Positions 48,105-58,154 of a DNA stretch of 64,000 nt are shown here, one piece after another. Each line of letters opens with the position of its first letter. Position 1 is the stretch's first letter. This DNA is from Pseudomonadota bacterium (GTDB lineage: Bacteria > Pseudomonadota > Gammaproteobacteria > Pseudomonadales > UBA7434), in the NCBI GenBank assembly GCA_036344075.1, contig JAYYUJ010000008.1:27730-91729 (forward strand), given 5' to 3'. The translations under genes and the position numbers were made by a program. A model generated the notes under the pieces. The model was given only the letters and a program-made list of their open reading frames with translations. It had not been told where the DNA came from and searched no databases.

Positions 48105-49313
48105 TTAATCGCGAGGCTGTAATATCAAGTGTTGCTTATCTTGGTCTAAATTAAATGCAAAATGTTTCAAAAAATTCATTCCCAGTAAGCCCTGGAATGC
48201 ACCGTTATTTTGACTAAACGCCATCACCACAAATTCAATATCACGCACCATGTATTCACCAATAGCGAAAGCTTCAAACCGATAAATTGGCGCATCGATT
48301 CTACCTCCAGCTGTATCTATGGTCGCGTGACGAACAAATTCTGGATTGAATTGATCTTTTTTTTGTTCAAAGAACCATTCAGATAATACTGAAATAGAAG
48401 CACCAGTATCAATCAACAAAATGATTTCATGACTATTTAACTGACCTTCAATCAAATAATGCGCTGACTGTTTAATTAAGGGGAACGTTGCTTTAATTAG
48501 ACTTAAGCGATTTAGCTCGTTCAAAAGTTTCTGGGCACGCTTGCCATAATAAGCATGACCAATGAGTGACTCTAAACGAAATATCGACTGCTGATATTGA
48601 CCAAGCTGAAAATATGCATCCGCGATTTCAAAGATATATAAATCATTACTTGGTTGATACCAAAGTAAATGCTCAAGCAGCTTAATTAATGTAGTCCAAT
48701 CACCGTTGCTTTTTAAAGTCCCTAACTGAGCTCTGATAATAGTATTCTTTTGACGCGAATAGATTTCATGCTCAACGCCAGATAACTGATCAACTAACCT
48801 AAACATCACATCGACCGCGTCAATTCTATTTTCTCGGCTAAACTGGTCAGTGGCTTTTATCCATTCTACATCAAAATCATCTGTGAAATGCGCTGACCAC
48901 ACACCTAAAAAAAGTAAGCCACGATCAACGTCCTTTGCTCCTAAACCTTTCTTAATCTCTGCTAGCCATTGCCCTTTCAATTGAGATGCTTGATCTGGGT
49001 AATAGCCTGATAAGCTTTCCCATTCAGCCACTAAGCGATCAAATTGATTCGATTCAAAAAGCTGCTGTAAGTATTTAAGTTCTGGCTCTAATCTTAGATG
49101 AGTAAAGGGTTGCTTAGATTTAGACATGAACCCAGTTTTGGTTTGCGAATCTAGAGTGACTGAACTAGGAAAGTCGTTCACCAGCTGATTATTCAGATCA
49201 TCACCCAGCGCTTGTGCAGAAGCAGGCTGCTGTTCTTGGCTAGTAACGAAAAAAATCAGATTAGCCAATAGTGATAGGGCTAATAAAAAAAAGATAAAGC
49301 GTGATCTGAGCAT
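48105..49313 (-). CDS. Membrane-anchored retropepsin-like aspartic protease with helical-repeat N-terminal region
   Basis: It has an N-terminal TM/signal segment. The C-terminal domain carries LLIDTGASISVL (D-T-G active site) and GLLGMNFL, typical of bacterial clan AA retropepsin-like proteases. Confidence 0.55.
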   Translation of the reverse strand: MLRSRFIFFLLALSLLANLIFFVTSQEQQPASAQALGDDLNNQLVNDFPSSVTLDSQTKTGFMSKSKQPFTHLRLEPELKYLQQLFESNQFDRLVAEWESLSGYYPDQASQLKGQWLAEIKKGLGAKDVDRGLLFLGVWSAHFTDDFDVEWIKATDQFSRENRIDAVDVMFRLVDQLSGVEHEIYSRQKNTIIRAQLGTLKSNGDWTTLIKLLEHLLWYQPSNDLYIFEIADAYFQLGQYQQSIFRLESLIGHAYYGKRAQKLLNELNRLSLIKATFPLIKQSAHYLIEGQLNSHEIILLIDTGASISVLSEWFFEQKKDQFNPEFVRHATIDTAGGRIDAPIYRFEAFAIGEYMVRDIEFVVMAFSQNNGAFQGLLGMNFLKHFAFNLDQDKQHLILQPRD

Positions 49314-49441
49314 AACTTGCTTGACTCATTCATCAAGTGAAGTACCTAATTTTATCGTTAATAAGATTAATAACTCTAGCTATAGACGATAAAAGTTGTC
49401 CGCATTCACTCTTTTTACAAATGACTGGTGCCAGCTTTTCT

Positions 49442-49458
49442 TGCACCATAGTGGTGCG
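49442..49458. promoter_or_regulatory. NtrC-binding-site-like dyad upstream of ntrB
   Basis: TGCACC-ATAGT-GGTGCG matches the consensus TGCACC-N5-GGTGCA at 11 of 12 specified positions. It lies about 160 nt upstream of ntrB. Confidence 0.5.
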
Positions 49459-49615
49459 TATAGTGTTATACTCACCGCCTAGTATTACACAATCTACGGT
49501 CTAAACACCCTCTGATGCCGTGGAATCATATTTTTTTTTCATAAGTGGTTGATTTGAATCAACTATTAACATTAAGCCGATGTTTATCTGATTCGTGCAC
49601 AATTTTTGCATTATT

Positions 49616-50701
49616 ATGATCATGATTGCAGAACAACTACATACCCGTCTTCTTGAGAACTTATCCACTGCTGTATTGCTACTCGATAGAAAGCTTTGCT
49701 TGAGTCATATTAATTCGGCAGCTGAAAGTCTATTAGGGCTCAGTGGAAGTCGGCATATTGGTGAACCGCTAAATAATTTATTGATCGCCGCCGACGCAAT
49801 GATACTAACACTGAAAGATACCCTAGACAGTGGTAGGCCTCACACTCGCAGAGAAGCGACCTTATCAAAAACCAATGCAGGTAAAATTAGCCGTATAACA
49901 GTCGACTATACCATCACTCCTATCGACGATATTCCCGATAGCGCACTGATTGTTGAAATACAGCCAATTGATCGCTTATTGAAAATCAGCCGTGACGAAA
50001 CCTTGTTTTCTTCTCAAGAATCAACTCACGCACTTTTAAAAGGTCTGGGCCACGAAATAAAAAATCCGCTTGGGGGACTTCGCGGCGCAGCGCAACTGTT
50101 AGAACATGAACTTGACGATCCAAGTCTCAAAGAGTACACGCAAATTATCATTGATGAGGCGGACAGGTTACGCAAACTAGTCGACCGTATGTTAGGCCCT
50201 TCTAAGCCGCATGATACTGCCTTGACGAATATCCATGAGGTACTTGAGCGGGTGAGAAGTCTCACCGAAGCCGATTGTGGTGACAGCATTATTATTTTAC
50301 GTGACTACGACCCTAGCATTCCTGATATTAAGATTGATAAAGAGCGCTTAATTCAAGCTGTGTTAAACATAACCTGCAATGCCGTTAATGCATTAAGCCA
50401 AAACTCTAAACCTGAACATACACCACTGATTACAATTAGGAGTCGTATTATTCGTCAGTTTACTATTGGCGGCCATAATCATCGACTCGTCTGCCGCATT
50501 GATGTTCATGACAATGGCCCTGGCATCCCTAATGATATTCGCGATAAAGTTTTTATCCCAATGGTAAGCGGACACGCGAGCAATTCAGGGCTTGGCTTGT
50601 CAATCGCGCAATCTATTGTTAATCAACACCATGGCTTAATTGCCTTTACGAGTGAAGCAGGCGATACCTGCTTTTCAATTTATCTGCCCATGATGGACTA
50701 A
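49616..50701 (+). CDS. ntrB: Nitrogen regulation sensor histidine kinase NtrB
   Basis: It has an N-terminal PAS-like domain, the H-box GLGHEIKNPLGGLRGAAQLL, and N/G boxes (HDNGPGIP, GLGLSIAQ). The ATG at 49616 or 49622 is preferred over the GTG at 49595. Confidence 0.92.
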   Translation: MIMIAEQLHTRLLENLSTAVLLLDRKLCLSHINSAAESLLGLSGSRHIGEPLNNLLIAADAMILTLKDTLDSGRPHTRREATLSKTNAGKISRITVDYTITPIDDIPDSALIVEIQPIDRLLKISRDETLFSSQESTHALLKGLGHEIKNPLGGLRGAAQLLEHELDDPSLKEYTQIIIDEADRLRKLVDRMLGPSKPHDTALTNIHEVLERVRSLTEADCGDSIIILRDYDPSIPDIKIDKERLIQAVLNITCNAVNALSQNSKPEHTPLITIRSRIIRQFTIGGHNHRLVCRIDVHDNGPGIPNDIRDKVFIPMVSGHASNSGLGLSIAQSIVNQHHGLIAFTSEAGDTCFSIYLPMMD

Positions 50702-50719
50702 AAATTAGTAAGGAGTGAC

Positions 50720-52144
50720 ATGAGTAAAACAAATTATGTATGGATAGTAGATGATGATAAATCTATCCGCTGGGTCCTCGAGCGTGCACTGACGCGCTCA
50801 GGTATTGATGTTGACGTTTTCACTAATGCCGAAGAGTTGTTAGAGGCTCTTAATTATTCAATGCCCGACGTCATTATTAGTGATATCCGTATGCCCGGTA
50901 TGGATGGGTTGGAGATGTTATCGACAATTATTGCCAAACATCCAAAGCTGCCCGTTATCGTTACAACAGCCCATTCCGATCTCGATAATGCAGTCTCATC
51001 ATACCAAGGCGGCGCTTTTGAATACCTACCTAAACCATTTGATATCGATGAAGCCGTTGCCATGACGCGAAGAGCACTTGCGCACGCAGAAGAAAATCAA
51101 ATATCTACCACGGCTAAATACGAAGAAGAAACCACCGAAATGATTGGCCAAGCGCCTGCAATGCAGGAAGTCTTTCGTGCTATTGGCCGACTATCACAAT
51201 CAAATATTAACGTGCTCATTAATGGTGAATCCGGCACGGGTAAAGAATTAGTTGCTAAAGCTTTACATCGTCATAGCCCGCGTAAAGAGAAGGCATTCAT
51301 CGCTTTAAATATGGCGGCGATACCAAAAGATTTAGTTGAATCTGAATTATTTGGTCACGAGAAAGGTGCTTTTACAGGCGCCTCACAGCAGAGAGTTGGT
51401 CGCTTCGAACAGGCCAGTGGCGGCACATTATTTCTCGACGAGATTGGCGACATGCCCGCCGACATTCAAACGCGATTACTCAGAGTATTAGCAGACGGTG
51501 AGTTTTATCGCGTTGGTGGTCATACCCCTATAAAAGTCGATGTTCGCGTTATTGCTGCAACTCATCAGCACTTAGAAACCCTCGTCGAACAAAAGCTTTT
51601 TCGAAATGACTTATTTCACCGCCTAAATGTTATTCGAATGCAGTTGCCTAAGTTAGCTGATCGAAGCGAAGATATCCCCCAGTTAGCCCGTTACTTCCTT
51701 GATTTAAGTGCAAAAGATTTAGGTGTAGAAACCAAAGTATTAGCCCCAGCAACAGAAGATTTATTTACCACCTTGCCATGGCCTGGCAATGTTAGACAAC
51801 TAGAAAATACCTGCCGCTGGTTAACCGTCATGGCCTCTGGCAATGAGGTACAACCAGACGATCTGCCACCGGAACTATTAACTCCCGCTGAAGGCCGAAG
51901 CTCAGAAAAAACAACTAGCTGGGAAGACCAGCTTCGCAACTGGGCTAACCGTGAACTGAGCTCTGGTAAAAATAGAATTTTAGATTCAGCAACGCCAAGC
52001 TTTGAAAAGACGATGATAGAAATCGCTTTAAAACACAGTCATGGCCGTAAACGAGATGCCGCAATTCTGCTGGGTTGGGGGCGAAATACGCTGACGCGTA
52101 AAATGCAAGAGCTAGACATGAGTCGCTCGCGATCATCAACCTAA
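50720..52144 (+). CDS. ntrC: Nitrogen regulation response regulator NtrC (sigma-54 activator)
   Basis: It has a receiver domain (VWIVDDD...D..MPGMDG), an AAA+ domain (GESGTGKE, GAFTGA, the GAFTGA-type loop) and a C-terminal HTH. Confidence 0.95.
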   Translation: MSKTNYVWIVDDDKSIRWVLERALTRSGIDVDVFTNAEELLEALNYSMPDVIISDIRMPGMDGLEMLSTIIAKHPKLPVIVTTAHSDLDNAVSSYQGGAFEYLPKPFDIDEAVAMTRRALAHAEENQISTTAKYEEETTEMIGQAPAMQEVFRAIGRLSQSNINVLINGESGTGKELVAKALHRHSPRKEKAFIALNMAAIPKDLVESELFGHEKGAFTGASQQRVGRFEQASGGTLFLDEIGDMPADIQTRLLRVLADGEFYRVGGHTPIKVDVRVIAATHQHLETLVEQKLFRNDLFHRLNVIRMQLPKLADRSEDIPQLARYFLDLSAKDLGVETKVLAPATEDLFTTLPWPGNVRQLENTCRWLTVMASGNEVQPDDLPPELLTPAEGRSSEKTTSWEDQLRNWANRELSSGKNRILDSATPSFEKTMIEIALKHSHGRKRDAAILLGWGRNTLTRKMQELDMSRSRSST

Positions 52145-52229
52145 GCATTAAATAAGGTGAAAAGCTATTGGTCAGGCGCTGATTCAATTATACTGATATA
52201 CTACTTTTTTGTTTCCAATAACTACCTTT

Positions 52230-52700
52230 ATGCCGCTTAATGTTGTTTTATACGAGCCAGAAATAGCGCCTAATACCGGCAATATTATTAGACTCTGTGC
52301 GAATACTGGCAGCCAACTACATTTAATAGAACCCCTAGGTTTTGCTTTGGACGACAAGCGCTTGCGACGAGCGGGCTTAGATTATCAAGAGTGGGCCGAC
52401 GTTAAACAGTGGCCCTGTTTCGAAAATTTTTATCACCAGCTTAGTGAACCAACAAGACTATTCGCCTTCACTACTAAAGGCACTAATAGCCACCATCAAA
52501 ATACGTTTCAAGCCAATGATAATTTACTGTTTGGACCTGAAACCCGTGGATTGCCAGCCTCGATTTTGAACAGCTTACAACAGCAACAAAAATTACGCTT
52601 GCCAATGGTAGCAGGAAGTCGCAGCTTAAACCTTTCAAACAGTGTTGCAGTTGCAGTTTATGAAGCCTGGCGACAACTGGATTTTTCAGGCAGTTTATAG
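52230..52700 (+). CDS. trmL: tRNA (cytidine/uridine-2'-O-)-methyltransferase TrmL (SpoU family)
   Basis: Motifs are [36 protein letters not shown] and [15 protein letters not shown]. The ATG at 52230 gives the canonical N-terminus. Confidence 0.9.
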   Translation: MPLNVVLYEPEIAPNTGNIIRLCANTGSQLHLIEPLGFALDDKRLRRAGLDYQEWADVKQWPCFENFYHQLSEPTRLFAFTTKGTNSHHQNTFQANDNLLFGPETRGLPASILNSLQQQQKLRLPMVAGSRSLNLSNSVAVAVYEAWRQLDFSGSL

Positions 52701-52987
52701 ATAGTCATTTTCATCATGGTCGACAAACTATCAAGAACGATATTACGCCAAAGGTAAATCACCAGGTAGCAATTTTCAGGCGTAATAGTATTGAATTCTG
52801 TCGCTGTGATCTCTTTTTCTTTAGCAACATGACGGTTGCGTGAATCGTCGCCAAGCTTATAGCCATGCCATATCGTACCCATTAAAAAGTGATCGTTAAA
52901 AGCCCCTTGTAATGTTTCTGCGTTTACGAAAATAGGTAACATAAAACTGCAGATGACAATGTCATTTGTCGTTAACTTCATTTTCAA
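52658..52987 (-). pseudogene. Possible relic of a GH10 endo-xylanase gene (N-terminal fragment only)
   Basis: The translation LQGAFNDHFLMGTIW...KEKEITATEFNTITPEN resembles the start of GH10 catalytic domains (L..AF.D.F.IG.A....EFN.ITPEN-MKW). The similarity stops after PEN, and the ORF tail overlaps the trmL 3' end. Confidence 0.3.
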
Positions 52988-53009
52988 TAACTCAATCTGC
53001 AGTGAAATA

Positions 53010-53489
53010 CTAATTCAGCGACTGGCCACTCTGATCTGCGCTGGCTTGCGATTGTCTGAAAATAGCATCGAAATCGATTGGCGCAATTGACAGCGGCGGA
53101 AATCCACCCTTTACGACTATAGAATCAACTGCTTCTCTGGCGTAGGGGAACAAAAAGTTAGGGCAAACTGCACCTAATACATGAGCCATTTGCTCTTTTG
53201 GAAAACCATTGATAGCGAAGATGCCCGCCTGTTGTAATTCAACGATATAAGCAGTGTCCTCTTCTACTTTGGCGGTGATTGTCAAGGTCAACACGATTTC
53301 ATGTACACCCTCCGCAATCGAATTGCCACGCGTGTTCACATCCATTTTCACTTTTGGTTGAAAAGCTTGTGTGAAAACTTTAACTCCCATAGGTGTTTCA
53401 AATGATAGATCCTTAATAAAAGTTCTTTGGATAGCAAACTGTGGGCCAGATGGCTGTTCAGTTGCTGCGTTATTCTCTTCCATAATCAC
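53010..53489 (-). CDS. secB: Protein-export chaperone SecB
   Basis: The 159-aa product has FAIQRTFIKDLSFETP and an acidic C-terminus. The secB-grx-rhodanese cluster is conserved. Confidence 0.93.
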   Translation of the reverse strand: MIMEENNAATEQPSGPQFAIQRTFIKDLSFETPMGVKVFTQAFQPKVKMDVNTRGNSIAEGVHEIVLTLTITAKVEEDTAYIVELQQAGIFAINGFPKEQMAHVLGAVCPNFLFPYAREAVDSIVVKGGFPPLSIAPIDFDAIFRQSQASADQSGQSLN

Positions 53490-53574
53490 CTCTTAATTTC
53501 TATAGTGAGACTTGCCTAAAGGTATAGAGCACTGCGCTCAAGCATCCGCTTAAGTAGTCATGATTTAAACCTGC

Positions 53575-53826
53575 TTAATTATCAAGCGTGGCATCTAAGC
53601 GGCCGCTTCGATCGTAGGCTACTAAGTCAGTATAGCCGCCAACATGAGAACCACTAATCCAGATTTGTGGTACGGTATGTTGGCCACTCAACCGCTCCAT
53701 CTCCGCCCGCAAATTGGGGTTATTATCAACTTTTATTTCATCGAAAGGCAGCGCTTTGCTGCTTAACAGCTGTTTTGCCGCCGTACAATAAGGGCAAATT
53801 TGAGTGGTATATATCAGGATTTTCAT
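53575..53826 (-). CDS. grxC: Glutaredoxin 3
   Basis: MKILIYTTQICPYCTAAK carries the CPYC active site, and TVPQIWI..SHVGG is present. The ATG at 53826 gives an 84-aa protein; the longer ORF overlaps the upstream gene. Confidence 0.9.
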   Translation of the reverse strand: MKILIYTTQICPYCTAAKQLLSSKALPFDEIKVDNNPNLRAEMERLSGQHTVPQIWISGSHVGGYTDLVAYDRSGRLDATLDN

Positions 53827-53870
53827 GAAGTTTTTGAACTCTAACAGAACATCAAGTGTGACCGAGTGAA

Positions 53871-54299
53871 TTATTGGATCAGCGGCATCTGCGATGCTCT
53901 CCATTCCATAATACCGCCACTCAAGCGATAAACCGTAGGGCCCGACTCTCGCTGTAATCGCTTAGCTGCAAATGTCGATTGTTGGCCAAGCTTACAAACA
54001 AAGACAATAGGTTTATCTTTATATTGTTGAAATAGCCCATCTTTATCTGAATTATATTGGCTTTGCCATTGATTAAAAGGTAAGTTAATCGCGTCAACAA
54101 TATGGCCCGCATCAAACTCCGCTTTATCCCGTAAATCAATGATAATCGCACCTTCTCTATTAACGACGTTGGTCAACGCCTGACTGGTCAAGCTGGGTCC
54201 TGCACGACGCTTTTCTAACCAAGCTAAAGCGACGATAGCGGCTGAAAGGAGGCTGACCAATAACCATTGCTCAGAAATAAAAATAAGAAACTTTTGCAT
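53871..54299 (-). CDS. Membrane-anchored single-domain rhodanese
   Basis: It has an N-terminal TM helix, a rhodanese fold with the active-site loop VCKLGQQS, and a conserved position upstream of grx-secB. Confidence 0.75.
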   Translation of the reverse strand: MQKFLIFISEQWLLVSLLSAAIVALAWLEKRRAGPSLTSQALTNVVNREGAIIIDLRDKAEFDAGHIVDAINLPFNQWQSQYNSDKDGLFQQYKDKPIVFVCKLGQQSTFAAKRLQRESGPTVYRLSGGIMEWRASQMPLIQ

Positions 54300-54544
54300 A
54301 ACGATTCGTTTACACTTAAAGTGGATTACAAAGATCGATTATACACTGCAAAAGTCACTTAGCCACTACCTATCGGCTAGCATTGGATGAAATTTTTAGA
54401 CCATAGCTAAATTCATATGTAAACAGTCGATATTATCGTTTTTTTATTCTTAGGCCTAAGAATGTCAAGGTTTAACCGCTACAACTGACGTGCTCGGCTT
54501 TGAATGGGTCAACGATATTCGGTAATAACAACAACCACACGCCC

Positions 54545-55762
54545 ATGATTATTCGAAAGCTTATCAGATTTTCCCCAGTTGGCTTAATTACCACATTGAT
54601 GTGTGCGACTCTTTTGAGCCACAATGCCAACAGCGAGCCGCTTAGTGAACGTGATAGGGCTAGTCAGCAAGCTGAGCTTAATCAACTTATTAGGCAGCTG
54701 AAGGAAATCCAGGTCGCACTAAAAAAAGATATTAGAAACCGCAGCTTGGTCGTGACTCAGTTAAGTAATACTGAACTTAAAATTGGCGCCTTAGCCGCCG
54801 AACTTCGAGTATTAAAAAGGCAAGCTACCCTAATGGATGCTAATCTTGTCGAACTTCAACAACAGCAATTATCATTAGATCAAAAAACAAAAAAACAACA
54901 CGCGTTACTCGCTGCGCATATTAAACAAGCCTATTTACTCAATGAAACAAATCAGCTGAAGATTTTACTCAATCAAACCAACCCTGAAGATTTTGATCGG
55001 CAAATGAATTATCTTAAGTTTGTCAATCAATCCAGACAGCAACAACTCCAGAATTATCGTGCGTTAATTGAAAAAAATAATCAACTTGCAAAATCTATTT
55101 ATCAAAAACAGCAGGCGATTGATCAAAACAAGGCGCTGATTATAGAACAGACAGACACATTAAAACGTTTACAGATAGAAAGGCGGCAACAGCTTATAAA
55201 ACTACAGTCAGCGATCAAAAGTAAGCAGTCTGCCGTCTTAGCGCTAGAGCGCGACGGTAAGGCAATGAAAAAACTATTATCAACAGTTGCAAAACTTACC
55301 AAGAAAAATCAACAAGCGGAAAAGCAACAATCCGTCATCAAGCAAGCTGGTGTTGGTAATCAGGGTTTTTTTCAGGCTAAAGGATCTTTACCTTGGCCAG
55401 TGAAGGGTAATCCTATCGCGTTCTTTGGCGATAAGCGCACCAACTCAGGTATTGCATGGGAGGGAATAACGCTAGCCGCAAATATGGGTGAACCGATTAA
55501 GGCTATTTTCTCCGGTCTTGTTGTTTTTTCTGATTGGTTTCAAGGTCAGGGATTACTGTTGATCATTGACCACGGACAAGGCTATTTAAGTTTATACAGT
55601 CATAATCAAAGCTTACTTAAAAATACTGGCGCAATGGTTGTTGGTGGTGAGACCATTGCCACAGCTGGTAATAGCGGCGGCCAACTACAAAGCGGACTTT
55701 ACTTCGAAATCCGTCATAACGGAGAACCGCAGAACCCTGAGCATTGGTGTATAAAGCGGTAG
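54545..55762 (+). CDS. envC: Murein hydrolase activator EnvC-like (coiled coil + LytM/M23 domain)
   Basis: A signal/anchor is followed by a long Q/L-rich coiled coil and a C-terminal M23 domain (GLLLIIDHGQGYLSLYSHN, LYFEIRHNGEPQNP). The ATG at 54545 is preferred over the TTG at 54500. Confidence 0.85.
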   Translation: MIIRKLIRFSPVGLITTLMCATLLSHNANSEPLSERDRASQQAELNQLIRQLKEIQVALKKDIRNRSLVVTQLSNTELKIGALAAELRVLKRQATLMDANLVELQQQQLSLDQKTKKQHALLAAHIKQAYLLNETNQLKILLNQTNPEDFDRQMNYLKFVNQSRQQQLQNYRALIEKNNQLAKSIYQKQQAIDQNKALIIEQTDTLKRLQIERRQQLIKLQSAIKSKQSAVLALERDGKAMKKLLSTVAKLTKKNQQAEKQQSVIKQAGVGNQGFFQAKGSLPWPVKGNPIAFFGDKRTNSGIAWEGITLAANMGEPIKAIFSGLVVFSDWFQGQGLLLIIDHGQGYLSLYSHNQSLLKNTGAMVVGGETIATAGNSGGQLQSGLYFEIRHNGEPQNPEHWCIKR

Positions 55763-55896
55763 AAACTACCATGGCCAATCTACATGACAAATAACCTTTG
55801 AAAATTAGCAAATACCGTCGTTACTGGTTATTATATTCACGACATTCCCCACGATTTATAAACTGCAAATTATACTGAACAAAAAAGGAAAAAATT

Positions 55897-57249
55897 GTGC
55901 CTAACGCTCATTTAATTCATGCTTCACTATACTGCTTGTTTATCGTGATGCTGTCTGCACTAAGTGCATTTACTACCGCCAATGAAGTGGAGACTCCATC
56001 AAATAGCACCCATTCTGTGATTATCAACAGTGGCGATCCATTAAAAGGGAAGTTGGCGCTCGATGATCTTCGTGCATTTGTGAAAGCCTTCAATCATATC
56101 CGCAGCGCATATGTTGAAGAGGTTAACGATGCTACCTTACTAAAAAATGCCGTTAAGGGTATGCTATCCGAGCTTGATCCTCATTCAAATTTTCTAGAAC
56201 CTGACCATTTTAAAGATTTGCAGGAAACCTCTACTGGGGAGTTTGGTGGGTTAGGACTAGAGGTGGGTATGGAAGATAACTTTATAAAAGTTATCTCGCC
56301 GATTGATGATACGCCCGCTCAAAAAGCTGGCATCAAGACCAGCGACCTCATTATTAGTATTGATGGCCAATCGATCAAAGGTCTTGATCTTGGAGAAGCA
56401 GTAAAAAAAATGCGCGGTCCAAAAGGCAGTGAAATCACCTTAAGTATTATTCGAAAAGGCGTACCACAACCTATCGAATTTACTTTGATACGGGATATCA
56501 TCTCGGTGGTTTCTGTTCGCAGTGAAATCTTAAATGACAATTATCTTTATATTCGAATAGCACAATTCCAAGGTAATACGGGTATTGACCTAAAAAATTT
56601 GCTAGCTAATACTGAAAAAAAACAAGTCATTAAGGGCGCTGTTCTTGATTTGCGAAACAATCCTGGCGGTATTCTTCAAGCAGCTGTTGAGGTGACCGAT
56701 GCTTTCATTGAGCAAGGATTAATTGTTTATACTGAGGGCCGCATTAAACATTCAGCAATGTCATACCACGCTAACAAAGATCAAGCTAGTTATGATTATC
56801 CTTTGATAGTACTGATCAACGGCGGTTCTGCATCAGCTTCCGAGATTGTCGCTGGTGCTTTACAAGATCATCAACGAGCGTTAATTCTTGGCACTACCAG
56901 CTTCGGTAAAGGTTCGGTTCAAACGGTAATACCTCTTTCAGAAAAGCACGGTATTAAACTGACCACTGCTCGCTATTTCACGCCAAACGGCCGCTCTATT
57001 CAGGCGCAAGGCATTGAACCTGATATCGTGGTCGAGCCAGCAACTATCACTAAAATTGATACGGGGAAAAAGTATACTGAAGCAAGCTTACAGGGTCATT
57101 TAGCTAATGGTGAATTTGCAGACGATCAATTTAGCACAGATGAACGAGACATTAATTCTACGGATCAAGCCCGATTAGCCAACGACAATCAGTTATATGA
57201 AGCCTTAAATATTTTAAAGGGATTGCATATTTTAGGCCTAAATGATTAG
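55897..57249 (+). CDS. ctpA: Carboxy-terminal processing protease (S41 family)
   Basis: It has a PDZ region (GGLGLEV..., PAQKAGI..D.I..IDG) and S41 catalytic blocks (DLRNNPGG, GSASASEI, TSFGKGSVQ). Confidence 0.9.
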   Translation: MPNAHLIHASLYCLFIVMLSALSAFTTANEVETPSNSTHSVIINSGDPLKGKLALDDLRAFVKAFNHIRSAYVEEVNDATLLKNAVKGMLSELDPHSNFLEPDHFKDLQETSTGEFGGLGLEVGMEDNFIKVISPIDDTPAQKAGIKTSDLIISIDGQSIKGLDLGEAVKKMRGPKGSEITLSIIRKGVPQPIEFTLIRDIISVVSVRSEILNDNYLYIRIAQFQGNTGIDLKNLLANTEKKQVIKGAVLDLRNNPGGILQAAVEVTDAFIEQGLIVYTEGRIKHSAMSYHANKDQASYDYPLIVLINGGSASASEIVAGALQDHQRALILGTTSFGKGSVQTVIPLSEKHGIKLTTARYFTPNGRSIQAQGIEPDIVVEPATITKIDTGKKYTEASLQGHLANGEFADDQFSTDERDINSTDQARLANDNQLYEALNILKGLHILGLND

Positions 57250-57275
57250 CTAACTTGGTCGATTCTATTAATTAT

Positions 57276-58148
57276 ATGTATCACTATTTAAAACGTATTA
57301 CCTGTCTATGTGTTGTTGCCGGCTGTTTGCCAGTATTTAGTCAACCGTTGTCATCTCTAGTTATTATTATAGACGACTTGGGCAACAACTTAAGTCTAGG
57401 TCAACGGGCAATCAATCTCCCTGGCGCTTTAACCTATGGGATCTTGCCGTCAACACCTCAGGCAAAAAATCTAGCTGCTGCGGTGTTAAACAGTGGCGAT
57501 GATAAAGAAATAATTATTCATATGCCGATGGAGTCGGTTTACTCACAAGCTGATAAACCTAACGTCATAAGTGGCAATAAAAAACAATTATCGTCGTCTA
57601 AAAAAACTCAAACTTTAGCTTCACATCAAACGCAGGCAATCTTTGCAAAAAACCTACATACAGCGTTGCAACAATTTCCGTCAGCGCGTGGACTTAATAA
57701 CCATCAAGGCAGTTACTTAACAGCACTCATTGATCAGATGAATTGGTTGATGGGAGAATTAAAAGAAACTGACTTATATTTTATCGACAGCAAAACAACA
57801 GGCAACAGCGTGGCAAAAAAAGCGGCGGCAAATCACGGTATCCCTTACCTTGTTAGAGATGTTTTTTTAGATCATGACCCAAGCCCTGAGGCAATTGATA
57901 AGCAGTATCGCCGCGCAATAAAAATAGCTAATAAAAAAGGCTACGCAATTATCATCGCACACCCTAACCGCAGTACATTAGATTACTTAGAACAACAAAT
58001 ACCACTATTGGCAGAAAAAAATATCGTCATTGTGAGTGGAAGTGAAGCTATTCGGCAACAACGCCAAGGGATCATCGAACGGACAAAAGAAACCTTACTT
58101 TCTAAGGCACAAAGACAGGCAGATCCTGCCCCATTAGATATTCACTAG
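57276..58148 (+). CDS. Divergent polysaccharide deacetylase family protein (YibQ-like)
   Basis: Motifs are IIIDDLG, LPGALTYGILP and NNHQGS. Its position after envC-ctpA matches Pseudomonas. A TTG at 57255 is an alternative start. Confidence 0.8.
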   Translation: MYHYLKRITCLCVVAGCLPVFSQPLSSLVIIIDDLGNNLSLGQRAINLPGALTYGILPSTPQAKNLAAAVLNSGDDKEIIIHMPMESVYSQADKPNVISGNKKQLSSSKKTQTLASHQTQAIFAKNLHTALQQFPSARGLNNHQGSYLTALIDQMNWLMGELKETDLYFIDSKTTGNSVAKKAAANHGIPYLVRDVFLDHDPSPEAIDKQYRRAIKIANKKGYAIIIAHPNRSTLDYLEQQIPLLAEKNIVIVSGSEAIRQQRQGIIERTKETLLSKAQRQADPAPLDIH

Positions 58149-58154
58149 CACTAA

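Noticed and set aside
49314-49594. There is no glnA (GSI) immediately upstream of ntrBC.
   Set aside because: In pseudomonad-like genomes glnA and ntrBC are often separated by other genes, so this is not anomalous in itself.
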